A stretch of 64,000 nt of DNA, taken from contig CM097885.1 of assembly GCA_044892525.1 (NCBI GenBank), forward strand, positions 35,280,001 to 35,344,000, given 5' to 3'. Source of the stretch: Schmidtea polychroa. Its lineage: Eukaryota. Below, piece by piece: positions 38,516-53,105 of the stretch. The translations under genes and the position numbers were made by a program. Every line of letters begins with the position of its first letter. Position 1 is the first letter of the stretch. The notes under the pieces are model-generated. The model saw only the letters and a program-made list of their open reading frames with translations, did not search any database and was not told the DNA's origin.

Positions 38516-39754
38516 ATATTCTAAAAGAATCTGATTGATCAGAAAAGGAAAGTGATTCCCAGAAGGGGAATAATTAACAAATATGGAAAGTGATGAACAA
38601 GATAGGTAATGATGGTACTAATAAGGAAGTTATTGATTAGTAAAAAAGGAGGTTATATAATATATAAATATCTCTTTCGACGCTCAATCGTACTGAGCAA
38701 GTTAGGGCAAGTATCGATGAACCACTCGGATTGCTCCAATAGCGTTATTTAACAGAAACTTTTTACAACTTGATTGTGTACCATCATACAGGGTAGAAAT
38801 ATAAACTAATTGTTCGTTATTGTGTAGTAGGTAGGTTTTAATTTTAGTGAAATTTAAAATATAAAGTAAATGAAATTACAAATCTACCATCACCCTCTTA
38901 ACCCACGTTAACTCCCCCCCTCTAGGTCTCAAACGCCCACATGGGGGCGTTATCGCCAACTTTAAGACTTAGGTATACAGTGAAAGTATGTATAGTAATA
39001 TAAAAGCCTATTAACAAAATTGTAACACTATTAAATTTGGCGATCAAGTGTAGAGCAATGCGCGTGTTACGAATGATGTGTTCAAACTGAACACCGCATG
39101 GAAATTTTGTTGATTAAAAGCTGTACAGCGAAAAATAGTTTAGCGCCGTATGCATACTTATATTAAATTATAATACATAAAACTAATATTTAAACAAACT
39201 AATTATTTAAACAATCGATAGAAAAAAATAAATCCAGGTATTATTAACTAAACAAATGTCAAAATGTTTTTAAAATCAAGATTTATTAACACTATATCTT
39301 GCAAATATAACTTTATAACAATAAATTTGATTTTTCTTGTTTTAATAAATTATTAATTTAAATTTTAAAAATACCAAAAATATTTACCGGTGTAAAATTA
39401 ATTGCTATCATTATTATTCATGTAACTTAATGAATAAGAGAAAACTATGTATTTGTTATATAAATTCACCAAAATCTGGTTTATAAATAAATATGGATTA
39501 TACATGACTTTTTTATTTTCTTTCTGTAGGTTTTTCCAAAAATATATGACACTTTAATAACGACTTTCTGATTTCACATAACTGAGAAATGGTTTTGCCA
39601 TCATTTAGAAGTATTGGATGATTAACGTTGACAAGCGTACACATTTCATCAATGCACAGACTGAAAATAGATTTATTTGCAATTGTCAGTGTTGAACATT
39701 AAAGATTTATTGATAAATAAACAAATAAAAGTAGCAAACCAAATTAATAATATA

Positions 39755-40183
39755 CTAGCTGGAGTACCCGGCGTTGCACAATTTAAAAAATAGTAAACAG
39801 ATTCAAAATAAAGAAATTTATTTCAAAATTCATTCATTTAAAAAAAAATACATTAAAATTTAATTATAAAAATCTCGGAAGTTGCTTTTGGGGACCAAAT
39901 TTTACGATGGGAAGTCAACTTCTGATGCAATTTTCAGTAGTGCAGTGTATAGATAGAATTTAAAACTAAGTATAATAGCACTTTAAAAATTTGAAAAATG
40001 TTAATGCGTATCTGCGGAAGTAAATCCAGGTGACCCTGAATAGGGTTAGGGGAAACATAGCCTATGACCTGTCCCGAGTCAAATGAGGGTCACATGCAAA
40101 ATTGCAGCACCCTAGGTCCAACGGTGGGAATTCTATGGGTAACAAACAAACAAACAAACAAACTTTCATCTTTATATATTCGA
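39755..40183 (-). mobile_element. Non-autonomous Helitron
   Basis: Minus strand: A|TC..ATATATAAAGATGAAAG(TTTG)n start; GC-rich subterminal segment and CTAG|T end. Confidence 0.75.
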
Positions 40184-40977
40184 TTTTGAAAGTGATTACA
40201 AAAAGCACTCTAGCGCAATAGCTAAACATTTAATTGCAAATTATGTGAAAATTATATAATCTTCAATATTTATTTGGATTCAAATAATAAAAACACTGCT
40301 CAATCTTCATTTATCTAATACTGGCTTTTGCCCGTGAACAATTACGTAATGTAGTGACACAATTTAAAAGAATAATTGTTATGAGAATGTTGGTTAGCAA
40401 CTTAATTATACCGTTATCTGTCTTTAAAAGTATAGTTATACATCATTATGTCAATGTTAACAAAAATTACGAAGCACATTAATAATTAATACGTTGAAGA
40501 ATATATATAAAACTATTGGCAATAATTTTAAATTCATTTCATAATATATTACTGGTACTGATTTTATAATGAAAAGAATATTTTTCAATTCATGCTCGCA
40601 TGACATTTCTAATATGACATTTATTGTTTATTATGGAGATGCCCATTTTTAATATTTTGAATCGCAAATTAAACAGTATAAATCTCTTAGATATGTAAAT
40701 CAAGTCGATTTCAAGAGTGCTGTTGAATTTGCGATTCAAAATAAAAATAACGGGCATCTCCGTAATAAACAATGTCATATTCAAAATAGATACATTATTT
40801 CATTACAAAATCATCTCCGTATACTCCCTACAACACAATACATCTTATTAGGAAAAGAAACAAATAATAAAATATTATAATTTTTATAGTAATAGTAAAT
40901 CGTTTAATAGCTAACAAAAATTCTAACGTAATTCTCTTATTTATATAGTTTCAACAAGATACGAGTATACCTATATC

Positions 40978-41715
40978 CAGGCCCTAGGAGAGCGGGCCAG
41001 GGGGGCCACTGGCCCCAAATCTTCAAAATTTTATTTGAAGAAATTTTTTTGGAAACAAAAATTAATTTTTAAAAATTCAACAATTTGAAAATGGACTAAT
41101 GATATAACTTTGCTCTTATATATCAGATTGATCTAAGATTAGGAATTCGTCATTTAAAATTGCTTGGTCGTTATTAAAATCCACGAATAAGAGATTTTTA
41201 AAAATATTTTTAAAAATATTCGTTTATTAATGATATGATATTGGGGCCCCTAATTTAAACCCAACTAGCATAGAATTCGAAAGAATATTTCAAATTTCAT
41301 TAAAATTTCTCTACTAAAAAAATGAAATAAAACGGCTTGAAATATTTCAAAAAATTTCTCATTGAAGTTTTAAATTTAAAATTGTCGGTGTTAAACTGAA
41401 TTAAAGTTTGTTTATATTGTTTGTGCTTGATAAAAATTAATTTCAATAAATTTTAATACTAAAAAAAATGACCAAAAGGTATGAAAATATTTTTTCGATT
41501 GAATTTCTTGAGATCTACAATGACACAAGAGCGGCTAAATGGATTAGCAATGCTGCATATTAATAACGATATTGCAAGAAACTTAAATTTTATTGAAATA
41601 ATTGATAAATTTGCAATTTCAAAAGCCCGTAAATCATTAATATAATAAAATTTGTTTTTATATTGTGTTGTCGCTAACTATATATATTTTTTAATTATTA
41701 AAAAGGGGCCCCAAA
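40978..41715 (+). mobile_element. hAT deletion derivative retaining the dimerization domain
   Basis: CAGGCCC start, GGGGCCCC subterminal motifs, FLRSTMTQERLNGLAMLHINNDI at ~41505-41640. Confidence 0.7.
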
Positions 41716-42184
41716 AAAAATTTGTAATGATTAATTTTGTAATGATTGATTTTGTAATGAATTTAATACTAAGAAAAACTTAAGATTTAAAAAAAAATTC
41801 GAATATATAATTTAAAATCTAGTCTTTTTTCATTACTATTTGATGATGTGAGTGAACCCGTTAAAATATATTCTATAAGTGTTGCATGATTGGCAATTTG
41901 CCATTTCTATCTTAGAAGCTCTAATGCCTCCAATTTTAAAATAAATCCCCGATACCAGTGGTTCCCAACCTGTGGTACTCGTACCGGTACCGTCGAACTA
42001 CCGGTACGCGATAAATAATAATGAAAACAATATTTTGCGTAAAATAATGTCTTGATACGATAAATCATCAAACCAAAATGTATTGTTTGTCTTTTTCAAT
42101 CCGAATACTTTCCCCTTCTATAGTGGTTGGTAACAACGTGACGCATAATCATGAAACAGAGACAGAGCTAATATCTAATTTACA

Positions 42185-43128
42185 GGGTCACCTCATAAAA
42201 TCGACTTCTAGTACATCGATTTTTAAAACATCGAGTGTGAAAAGATCTACTTTTAGCCTTAAAACATCTATTGTCGAAAACATCTACTGTCAAAAACATC
42301 AACTGTCAATAACATCTAGTAATAAAAGGCAAGAACATCAATCGCCTAAAACATCGAGTTTAAAAAACCTTTTTTTAATTAAATGCTCTCATCATTTTTT
42401 TTAATTTTAATAGTTTTTTTTAATTTGTTTAATTTTGAAACCATCTCTTTTCGTTATATTTTCATCAATTTAATTAATTCAACAAATTTTAATACTCCTC
42501 TGTTGTATCTTAAAGTACCGTTCGTATGTACTTTTCTTCCAAAAAAAGACTTTTACACGAATCGTGCGGGCGTGGTGTGTGTGTGTTGAGTACGACCAGT
42601 CCCCATGTGACCTGTACTCCTCGGGGGTCAAAATACTTTGTCGGATAAACTCAGACAAAATGTAAATGTTTATATCATAGCTTCCCAGCCAGTGTGCCGC
42701 GAAACATTTTCGTTATATTTTCATCAATTTAATTAATTCAACAAATTTTAATATCAGATGAAAGTTTAATTAACCTCAATTAATTTAATTTTAATTTGTA
42801 GATGTTTTAAAACTCGATGTTTTAGAAGTTTTAAAAGTAGATTTTATTGACAATCGATGTATTTGTTGTTGATGTTTTGGACTCGATGTTTTAGACAGTA
42901 GATGTTTTCGCCAATAGATGAAATAGAAGTTGATTATTTTGTTGTTGATTATCTAGAAGTCGATGTTTTAGAAGTTTTAAAAGTAGATTTTATTGACAAT
43001 CGATGTATTTGTTGTTGATGTTTTGGACTCGATGTTTTAGACAGTAGATGTTTTCGCCAATAGATGAAATAGAAGTTGATTATTTTGTTGTTGATTATCT
43101 AGAAGTCGATGTTTTGGGGGCGCGCCCT
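42185..43128. mobile_element. Foldback/MITE with long modular inverted AAAACATCGA repeats
   Basis: Left arm 42185-42370 versus right arm ~42795-43128, which carries a ~146-bp internal duplication. Confidence 0.65.
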
Positions 43129-43687
43129 AATTTATATATTTAAAATCAATAATATTCATAGATAAATAAATTCAATATATTTAAAATTAAATTGAATATA
43201 ACGATTATATTTAAAATTTGCTAATTGAATGTAAATGAGTGAAATGTGATGTAAAGGTCTTTTTGAGTTCTATTTTTGTTTCCTTAAATAAATTTTAACA
43301 CGTTAATATGAGTTACTGTTAAAAATTTTTAAAATTCTGAAATGAATTTTAAAAAAGTATCCATTTGAAATATAAGGAAGTAGCTTATTTAGGAAATTTT
43401 GAATAAATTTTAAAGATTAAAGACTGAAAATAAAATACCTTTTGGAATGTTCGCTTACAATTTTGCAGAAATCTTGAATGAAATAGGATCCATTTATTGT
43501 ATCTCTTAGTGATTTGTATCCAAAAAGTGTTGAATAAACAATAAACAAGTCGCTAAGATTTAGTTTTCCTTCTGGAATAAATGATTTTCTAATCTGAGCT
43601 CTGTCGAATTCGTCAGTGGGAGAATCAAACTGAATAACTACAAATGTTAATAAATGAAGTTAAAACAATAAAAGCATTATTATTATT

Positions 43688-44419
<732 letters not shown>

Positions 44420-45998
44420 TGTAAGGAATAATAGATGTTTGATTTCTAGAATTAATTACTTGAATTAATATTTCAAAACAAACTATATTTTTAAAAACAA
44501 CACAAAATCTCTCTTATTTAAACAATCTCTGTTTTTAGCTTTGAGGATATTTTACGTAAATTATCAAGTGCAGCTCTGATTTTTTCGCCGTATATTTCAT
44601 GATTGTAAATTAAAGTTTCACTAAAATTCTGATTGTATAATAGATATGATGCGCGTAGCCCATGATTGATAATATTCGTATTAATTTTTCCCCAAGAATG
44701 CCGAATCCAACTCTCTACTTCAACCAAAGGCGGTTTTATGGCATTTCCCTTTGCATTTTTGACCATCCTATGTTCAATATAATCGTTTATTTTATCTCTC
44801 AATCCCAATTTAAACGGACTATTTACTGCCACATCCATAAGTTGCAAATAACCAGTCATCCCCGACGGAATCATTACTTGATCAATGTTTCTGGTCTGCA
44901 AAAATGATTTCATCTGGGTAGCCCGATGCGTAGAGGCCGAATCCCAAATTAGCAAACCTCTTTTTTGTCCCCTAAGCACCAATGGGAAATTGATGTCAAT
45001 CCATTTTTTGAGAATGTCCTGGGTGGACCATGCTTTCTCCGACTCCATTATATTCAAACCATTCCTAACTATAGCAGTATCCTTTTTCCCCTTAATAATG
45101 GCTGTGGGAGATATCTTGGTTCCATTTAATCGTACACCCAGTATACAAGTTAGCCGGCAACTTTCATAACCTGTGGATGGAACTTTTATTGATGAAGCTC
45201 CTCGCATTTCAATGGTTGTCTGCGAACTTTCACCATAGAAATGGCCGTTTCATCCATTGAAATACAAAATTCAGGATCATATTTTGATATATTCAAGCTA
45301 TCAATAAAAGCTTTATAATACAGAGTACGCTCGACTATATCATCATCGGACAGTTTGAATAGCGTTGTTGATCGTCTCAATGAGAGGTCATATCGTTTCA
45401 TAAAGCCAGACAACCACTTCCCAGAGGCGGAGAAACTCGATTCGGGATTACTAGAATTTTGTTGTGCCAATCTAAGTGCATATTCTTGGATGTCAGAACG
45501 CTTTACGACTAAATTTCTAGATCTGCGCTCGATAATCCAGTCAAATATGTGTTCCTCAATGTCAGAAATTACCAATTTTCTTCCTCCGCCTTGAGCTCTG
45601 GTCTGTCTCCCCGCATTCTTTAGCGATTGGAGATTCTCTTCCTCTGCTTTCCAACGACGAACAACTCGCAGATCAAGATTTACTTTTGCACAAAACTTTG
45701 CAAGGGTCATGCCGGATGTACGGGATTCACTGATGATTCTAAGCTTATAATCTATTGTATAAGCCTTTCTGGAACTCTTCTGTGCGTTCATGGGTTAAAA
45801 AATGTCTACTAAATGAATATTGAATCAACGACATTTAAAAATCATTATAAAAAACAATAATACAATAAAGTAAACGTATAAATGGTGTATGAATTAAAAT
45901 AGGACTTGTAATAGGAGTAGGGCTTGTAATTATTTATTTTTTAAAAAACGAACAATGGGCTTGTATTGAGAGTATGACTTTTATTAGGCAAAATACGG
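44420..45998 (-). mobile_element. pogo/Tigger-family DNA transposon with one frameshift in the transposase (45791-44518)
   Basis: HTH and CENP-B HTH (FSASGKWLSGFMKRY), MDET, LLIWDSASTH, LQLMDVAVNSPFK; terminus TA|CCGTATTT at 45998; 44420-44552 duplicated at 46084-46217. Confidence 0.9.
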
Positions 45999-46000
45999 TA

Positions 46001-46083
<83 letters not shown>

Positions 46084-46519
46084 TGTAAGGAATAATAGAT
46101 GTTTGATTTCTAGAATTAATTACTTGAATTAATATTTCAAAACAAACTATATTTTTAAAAGCAACACAAAATCTCTCTTATTTAAACAATCTCTGTTTTT
46201 AGCTTTGAGGATATTTTCGCAAACATGAGTTAATAATTGAATAGGGAATATTCGTACACAGGCATTCAATAAATATTTTATATTTTAATTTTCAATCATT
46301 CTTAAATATATTTAATTTATTATTTTAATTTATAATTTTATTATCTATTTTTATTATATTATTTAAATCTATTTAAAACTGGAAATTAAATAATAATTCT
46401 ATTTAATTACTTTCACAAGGAATATACGGTTTTCAGTTATTAGTCTTAAAAAAAAATAAATGCATTTTTATTATTCAATGTAGTCATTGAGTTATTAATT
46501 ATTCATAATTTTTATCCCA

Positions 46520-47500
46520 ATGACCAGAAACAAAATAACCGAAGAAAAACGGCAACTTATAAACCGGTGGTATGAAAGTGGTAAAAGTGTCAAAGAAATT
46601 CAAATTCAAATATACAAAGAACATCCATCAACAACGTGATAAAGAAGTATCACGATACCGGTATAATTTGCAGTCTCCCAGAGGTAGTACAAGAATAATT
46701 AAACTCACCGAAAACATTAAGGATATTATTAAATGAGTACTAGCTGAGGATTGATCGAGAATGTTGAAAGAATTAAAAATATTATTCTTGAACACAGTTG
46801 TGTAGAATTAAGTATTTCTACTGTACACCGAGCATGTGTGGAGTTGAGTTTTAGTTTCAAGCGTATAGTTTTTTTCCCGTGTCCAGGAATTCCGATGCTT
46901 GTATCGATGCAAGATACAGATAAGCTCTGGATTTTACTAACTTGCAAAATGATTTTTCTGATGAATCGGTTTTTTTCATTGATGAAGTCAGATTTTCACT
47001 CTCAACGAGGAGGGTGTGTGGAAGAGCTTTGATTGGAGAAGAAGCAACATTGCAAGTTCCGTCGATAAGGAATAAAAATTTATCTATTTGTGCAGCCATG
47101 TCTGTTTCTGGGGAGTATTTCAAGGTTGTTACGAAAACACCATAAAACATGGTGAAATTTCGTGAGTTTTTATCGAGGTTTATTGAGTTGCTTCATTTTT
47201 AATTTTTATAATGTATAATGTAAGGTTTCATCATTGTAGAGAAGTTTCGCGTTTGATTGATAATACGAATTTTAAATTACTTTTTCTACCATCCTATTCG
47301 CCATTTCTAAACCTGATAGAAAATTCGTTTTCCAAATGGAAAAGTACTGTGATGACAATGCGACCTGAAAATGAAGAACAACTGATCGATATGTAGAAGA
47401 AGCAACTGATTTTTTTTTTCGTTACACGATTTTCAGGGAATATCGGAGGCATATGATGAGGTATATTTCTAAATCGCTTTTAATGCTTGAAATTGGTAGT
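46520..47500 (+). pseudogene. Tc1/IS630-like (DDE_3) transposase remnant
   Basis: ISTVHR, VFFIDE, NVRFHH, FLPSYSPFLNLIENSFSKWK. Confidence 0.85.
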
Positions 47501-48990
47501 TAAAATTTGATATTTCGAATAAAATTTGGTTTTTGACTATATTGAGTGAAAACTTAATTGATTAACTAATTTAAATATTGTGTTTTAATTAATTTAGAAT
47601 TTCATAAGTTTGGTAAATAATAAATGTAAATATTATATTAATAATTTAAATGTAAGTATAATTATAATATAATAATATAATTTAAATTAATAGAATTATT
47701 GTAGAATATTTTCTTGCTCATGATATTTTTGGCGTAAAATAATCCTTTTATTTGAATATTGCGAATAAAAATAAATATTTGAATTTCGAATCTTTAATTA
47801 TTTTAAATGAATACAATTAATACTCAATCCACACAGTCTAACGAAAATAAAAATAATAATAAATTTATTAATTGTGTATAGAATTTGTCATTTTTTTATT
47901 TACATGCTGTTCCATCGGTCTGTGGCTACAGATGTGTGTTGTAACTGTGCAGATGCCATGCGTTGATCTGGTGTTTAGATTATTATTCTTTTATTCTTGT
48001 GATTTGAAAGTTTAAATCGATTTTTATGGATATTTGTGTCTCTTTGGATTTAATTAAAAATTTGTGATTTTCGAATTTTGTGGCTTGTGGGACTGGTTTT
48101 TTCAATATAATGTTGTGATTCAGAATTAGGTCTTTTGTTAATCAATCAAATTTTAATTCAACATTCTGGAATTTTTTTAGAATTTCTAAATGAATTTCGA
48201 TTTCATAAGAGGTGAACCAATTTTGATACCAATGCATATAGCAGAAACTTAAGTCAATACAAAGAAGATAAAATCGATGAAGGGTTCTTTTAGTGATTCA
48301 ACATTGACTCGTTGAATGGAAATAATTACAATCGGAATTCACCGAGAAAGAGGTAGAAGCGGTCGGCGATAGGGTTTTCTTGGTTCGAATTCCAATGGAA
48401 AAGTTCAAAATAGTGAACTCAAATCTAAAAATTCAATGAATTTCAACAGAACTTATAAAGATAAGCATTTCATAAAATATCCTAGAAAATCTTTAAAATG
48501 TTTAGGAATTCCCGCTGAAGTTATAATCAACAAGAACACTAGATTTATGGATTTTAATTCCTTTTAATTCAAACAACATTGACTTCAACACCATTTTAAT
48601 TTCAACATGATCTAATTTTTCACCATAGAAATTTCTGATTGTTATTACGTTCCCTATATCGGAAATAACAAGGTTAAGTAGACAGATTGCATCTTCTTTT
48701 TAAAACCTTGAATAATTTCAATTATCTTAATTTTAATATACATAGGAAAATTTCAAACCAACCCGATATTGTTTTGTATATAATATTGTATATAATAGTT
48801 TGTGCATTGTTAGACTCATAATGGAATGTTAAAATAGTATAAAAGGTATTTTAAAAATATTAAATTTTTAATTTTAACTTTTCTATAGGTGCAAAAATCA
48901 TGTTTTAACATTTTATTACAAAGTTAGACTCGTAATGAGGTGCTCTTGTTTATTAATTATAAGTAATAGATAAGAGCTAAAAATGCTTAC

Positions 48991-51668
48991 TTTCCTGTAC
49001 ATCTGTGCCTCGACACGCCTGAAATACGAAAATTTTTGGTTTATCAGCTAAATCCCGAACATTTTTTACAGTGAAAAAGTTAATTATTTCATCAACAACA
49101 ATCGAATCACCATTTGGGCACCTAATACAACCTTCTTCGCCATGAGACATAAAGAAACAAATTATCATATCGCTATTCGAACTGATTTGATTCGTGAAAT
49201 TCTTTATATCATTGAATAAATTTTCTTTACTTGTAATTTTTTTATCCTATAAAAATTAAATAAAACAATTCTTTATAATTGTTTGAAAGAAATGAATAAA
49301 AAAACTAAATATTGACCTATATCAGAGTTTCTCAACAGCGGCTGCCTGGAACATTTATGATTTTACGAGAAAACACTAGCGGTATTTTTCAAAGTATTTA
49401 CGGCGTCACATTAAGGTTCTATGAAATCTTAAAAAGACTTTAAATTTCTGTTAGGGTGTTTTATTCTACATCAAAGTATTAAAAAAAATTATGCTTGAAC
49501 ATCACAGGATAACGGAGTTTTCAAGGTTGTTTTGTTAATAAACATTGTCAACTAAATCGATGTTAATGAGATACATAGAAAAAGGTGCCAAAAACATTTT
49601 CGATTTCAATAAAAGAAACATATCCGAATATTTTAAAGAGCAATAATGTGGATTTTCTATGTCGTATTTTGCGAGTTAGAATTGTCAACTCTGACTAACA
49701 TGAAAAATGAGAAATGATCAAAATAAAGAAATTGCAAGAACGAACTAAGAGTTCCTATAACTGAAATGGGAACATATTTAGAATCTAAATATAAAATGTT
49801 GATTTAATATTAATATTGGGTAAGAAAGAGCATATAATCCAATTCTTTGTGCTCTAATAAGAAACTCAGTACAATAAGTTTTATTTTAACTACAAAATCA
49901 CAATTTTTCCTATTTTCATTAACAAATAAAAAACCCTTACTTAATACTAAGGGAACGATACCTCAAGCTCAGCGAATTTCATTTAGCCTCTAAAGAAAAT
50001 ACTTCTCTGAACGTCGCTTCTCTGACTATCATGTTTTTTTTTCGATTAAAAATTATTATACTCTTATTCATTTTTCCATTTGCTACCTGCACATACTTCT
50101 TTCCGTGAGAAAATATCAATTGTTAAGAATTTAATTATTTTTAATTGATTTTTGCACTTAAATTTTATTTTCGAGCTTTTGTGTTAAATTTTGTCTATTA
50201 ATTACTTTGCACACAATTTTATGTTTCTTACATTAATTTGTACATACCCTCAGGAAAAAAAAATTAAATTCGGTATAGAATTCATTGAATTAATGAAATG
50301 TATTAGATCCAGACCTAATTATATTGATAAAACTTTATTTTAAATGTATTAAGCATAAATGCATTGAACAAGAAATAAGGGAGTAGTGAAATTTAATTGA
50401 AGATTTTGGAAAATATATATTTCTTTTAGAATTTCAGGCTGTATATTACTAATGACAAAACTGTCAAACAATTATGAAACACGATATTAAATAATAGTAA
50501 AATTAAACGTTTTGTTGAAAATTTTTTTGTTTTTATTCATTTTTTATAGTGGCAATAAATTTGAGAAATACATAAGTTATCTTTGTGGTTTATCAAACTG
50601 TTATACGTATGTTCTCGATTATATATTTGTACGTGATATAACTAGGTTGTAATTAAATATTCGTATATTATAATATCTTATGTTTATGTTCGTTTATGGG
50701 TGTGTAGTAAGAAGGTTTGTAAAATCCAGCCGAGTCACCTTGAAAAAAACTGTCTCGGAAAAGCTGGGGTGAGTGTATGTAGAGCAATATACAATAAACA
50801 AACGACAAAAACAATTATTTCAACTTTCAACTTTTATTCAAAATTAATAAAAATGCGCTTACGATCGTTCAATTAGTTCGCGAATATTATATCGTCCAAA
50901 CTCTAGTAATTTAATTCTAATTTGGCTTTAGTCTTTTACTCGATTCTTCTTTATTTCCTTTAAGTTTCCTGTGTCTTCTGATTGTTTTTATACAATTCCC
51001 GAAAATTATCTCGTAGTTTTTTTATTGATTTTATTATTTTTTTCTCATTATTCTCTAGTGATAATTCACTATAGTGAATTATCACTATATAGTTTTTTTT
51101 TAATAATTTCTCCGTGCGTAACACGCGACAACAAAAATAACGACACGTAATAAAACCTAATAAACAATAAAAAGAATATAATATAACTATCAGAAAATGT
51201 GGTTTATTTTCATTATCAACTTTAAATTTAAGAAAAAGAAAATCTTAAAAAATATCTGATAATTTTAAATGGTGGGGTTCCCTCTGAATGTTATTTCAAG
51301 ACCTCAGTGGGATTTAAAAGATTGAGAAACACTGATTTATAGTATGAAAGAAATAAATATAAACCAAATTGTAAATAAAAACAAATTTAAAGAAATTAAG
51401 ATAAATAAAATGAATCATTCGCGAAAGTAAGGAAACCTATTTCTACCTTGACATTAAATCCTTTGATTCCACCAAAAGTATTTTTAATAATATCAACGTC
51501 AACTTCGCTTCCTTTCCTGTCGTCATTGTTGAAAATAAGACATAAATCTATCAAAGCTAATTCTTAAATTCAAATGCCAATAGTGAAATTTACTATTTCT
51601 ATTTTCATTAATTTCATAATAACTTTGATATGACTTCTCAGATACAAAACCATTTGATTTTTGAGGAT
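48991..51668 (-). CDS. Caspase large (p20) subunit exons 51668-51594, 51547-51447 and 49246-48991
   Basis: In-frame spliced YYEINENRNNLCLIFNNDDRKGSEVD...FMSHG...KPKIFVFQACRG; p10 exon not identified. Confidence 0.88.
49323..51334. mobile_element. Decayed hAT (Charlie-like) element in the caspase intron
   Basis: CAGAGTTTCTCAA...TTGAGAAACACTG terminal inverted repeats; TSD imperfect. Confidence 0.6.
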
Positions 51669-51727
51669 CTGAAATTTTTAATTTTAGACAATAATAACTT
51701 TATATGTTCAATTAATAAAATAATAAT

Positions 51728-51819
<92 letters not shown>

Positions 51820-52110
51820 GATTAATAATAAGTCTCTCCTTGAAATAATAATAATCAGTAACAAAAATACTTTACTTTATCAGTTCAAAATATCCCAAAC
51901 GAAATGATTCGATTAAGGTGCAAAGACTGTCTTACTAAACGCTAAACTTTCATGTACCAATGAATAGCATCAGTAAAGGAATTTATCATTTACAAATAAG
52001 GCTTAGAATGTTCAATTCTGATAATTTATATGCTTATTCGATCATAAATATCATGTCACTGGAAGGTATGATAAAACTATGTGGTTAAACAAAGTATGCT
52101 CTAATGGTAT

Positions 52111-53105
52111 TGTTAGGGATAGGCCTGGAGCCTTGTTGACAAAATAAATAAAAATTACTAAAATTAGAAATAGTATAAATAAAAATAATAAAGTATTACC
52201 AAAAATAAAAGATAGGTTTTATTAATTACTATTAATAGAATTAAGTAGTACATAGGAATATTTGATAATACTATTACTATATATAGTAATTATAAAATTG
52301 CTATTAATATAATAAATAATTAAAATATAATATAAATACTGGTTCAAAAAGAGAACCAGAGGACGATAAAACATTGAGACACAATTTGGACGATAAATTG
52401 GAGAGAATAATTTGGAAAATTATTTAATTAAAGAAAACGTGATTAGAGAATCACTGTGTTATTTGAAATTGATTAAAGAATTTCAACGCTAGTCTAAATC
52501 AAAGAAAACGTGATTAAAGAATCACTGTGTTTATCAAAACTAAGTTAAGGAATTTGTCAACAGTTCAAATTAAATTTAAATATTTCATCGCACCAGACGA
52601 CATTCCGATTCAAATTTCAGATCGATTTCAAACTTGAAAAGTGACTATAAATTGCCAACCAGAATAAACAAGGGTCAGTAAGAAAATCTCTAGAGAAAAA
52701 TTGGAACAGATTTGTGAACGAAAAAGAGAAAAGGAGCCATTAATTTAGACAAGGTAAAAGGAGTTCATTATTTGTGTTGTGTAAGGATAAATTATTATCC
52801 TTGTGAAGTGAAATAGTTAAAATAAAGCGAACACTGCACAGATAGCGGCTTTCGTGTTACCTGGTAGCCCCAAAATCAGCCCTCTTACTTTACCATCATC
52901 TTTCCAATTTATTTAGCGATCGTTGTGCTACACAGGAGCCATCGATCTCTTGCAGGCTGTGGTAAACAGTAAGGATTAATAAATCCGTTTTCTTGTATTC
53001 TTTGCACATATATTATAAAGTTCTTTTGTAAATTATTAAATACATTTTTGTAAAAAGAAAAGAGTTTGTTCTTAACTTATACGCGCAACCACATTAAATA
53101 TAACA
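52111..53105. mobile_element. Probable solo LTR
   Basis: TGTTA...TAACA ends; composition like the other LTRs here; TSD not exact. Confidence 0.45.
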
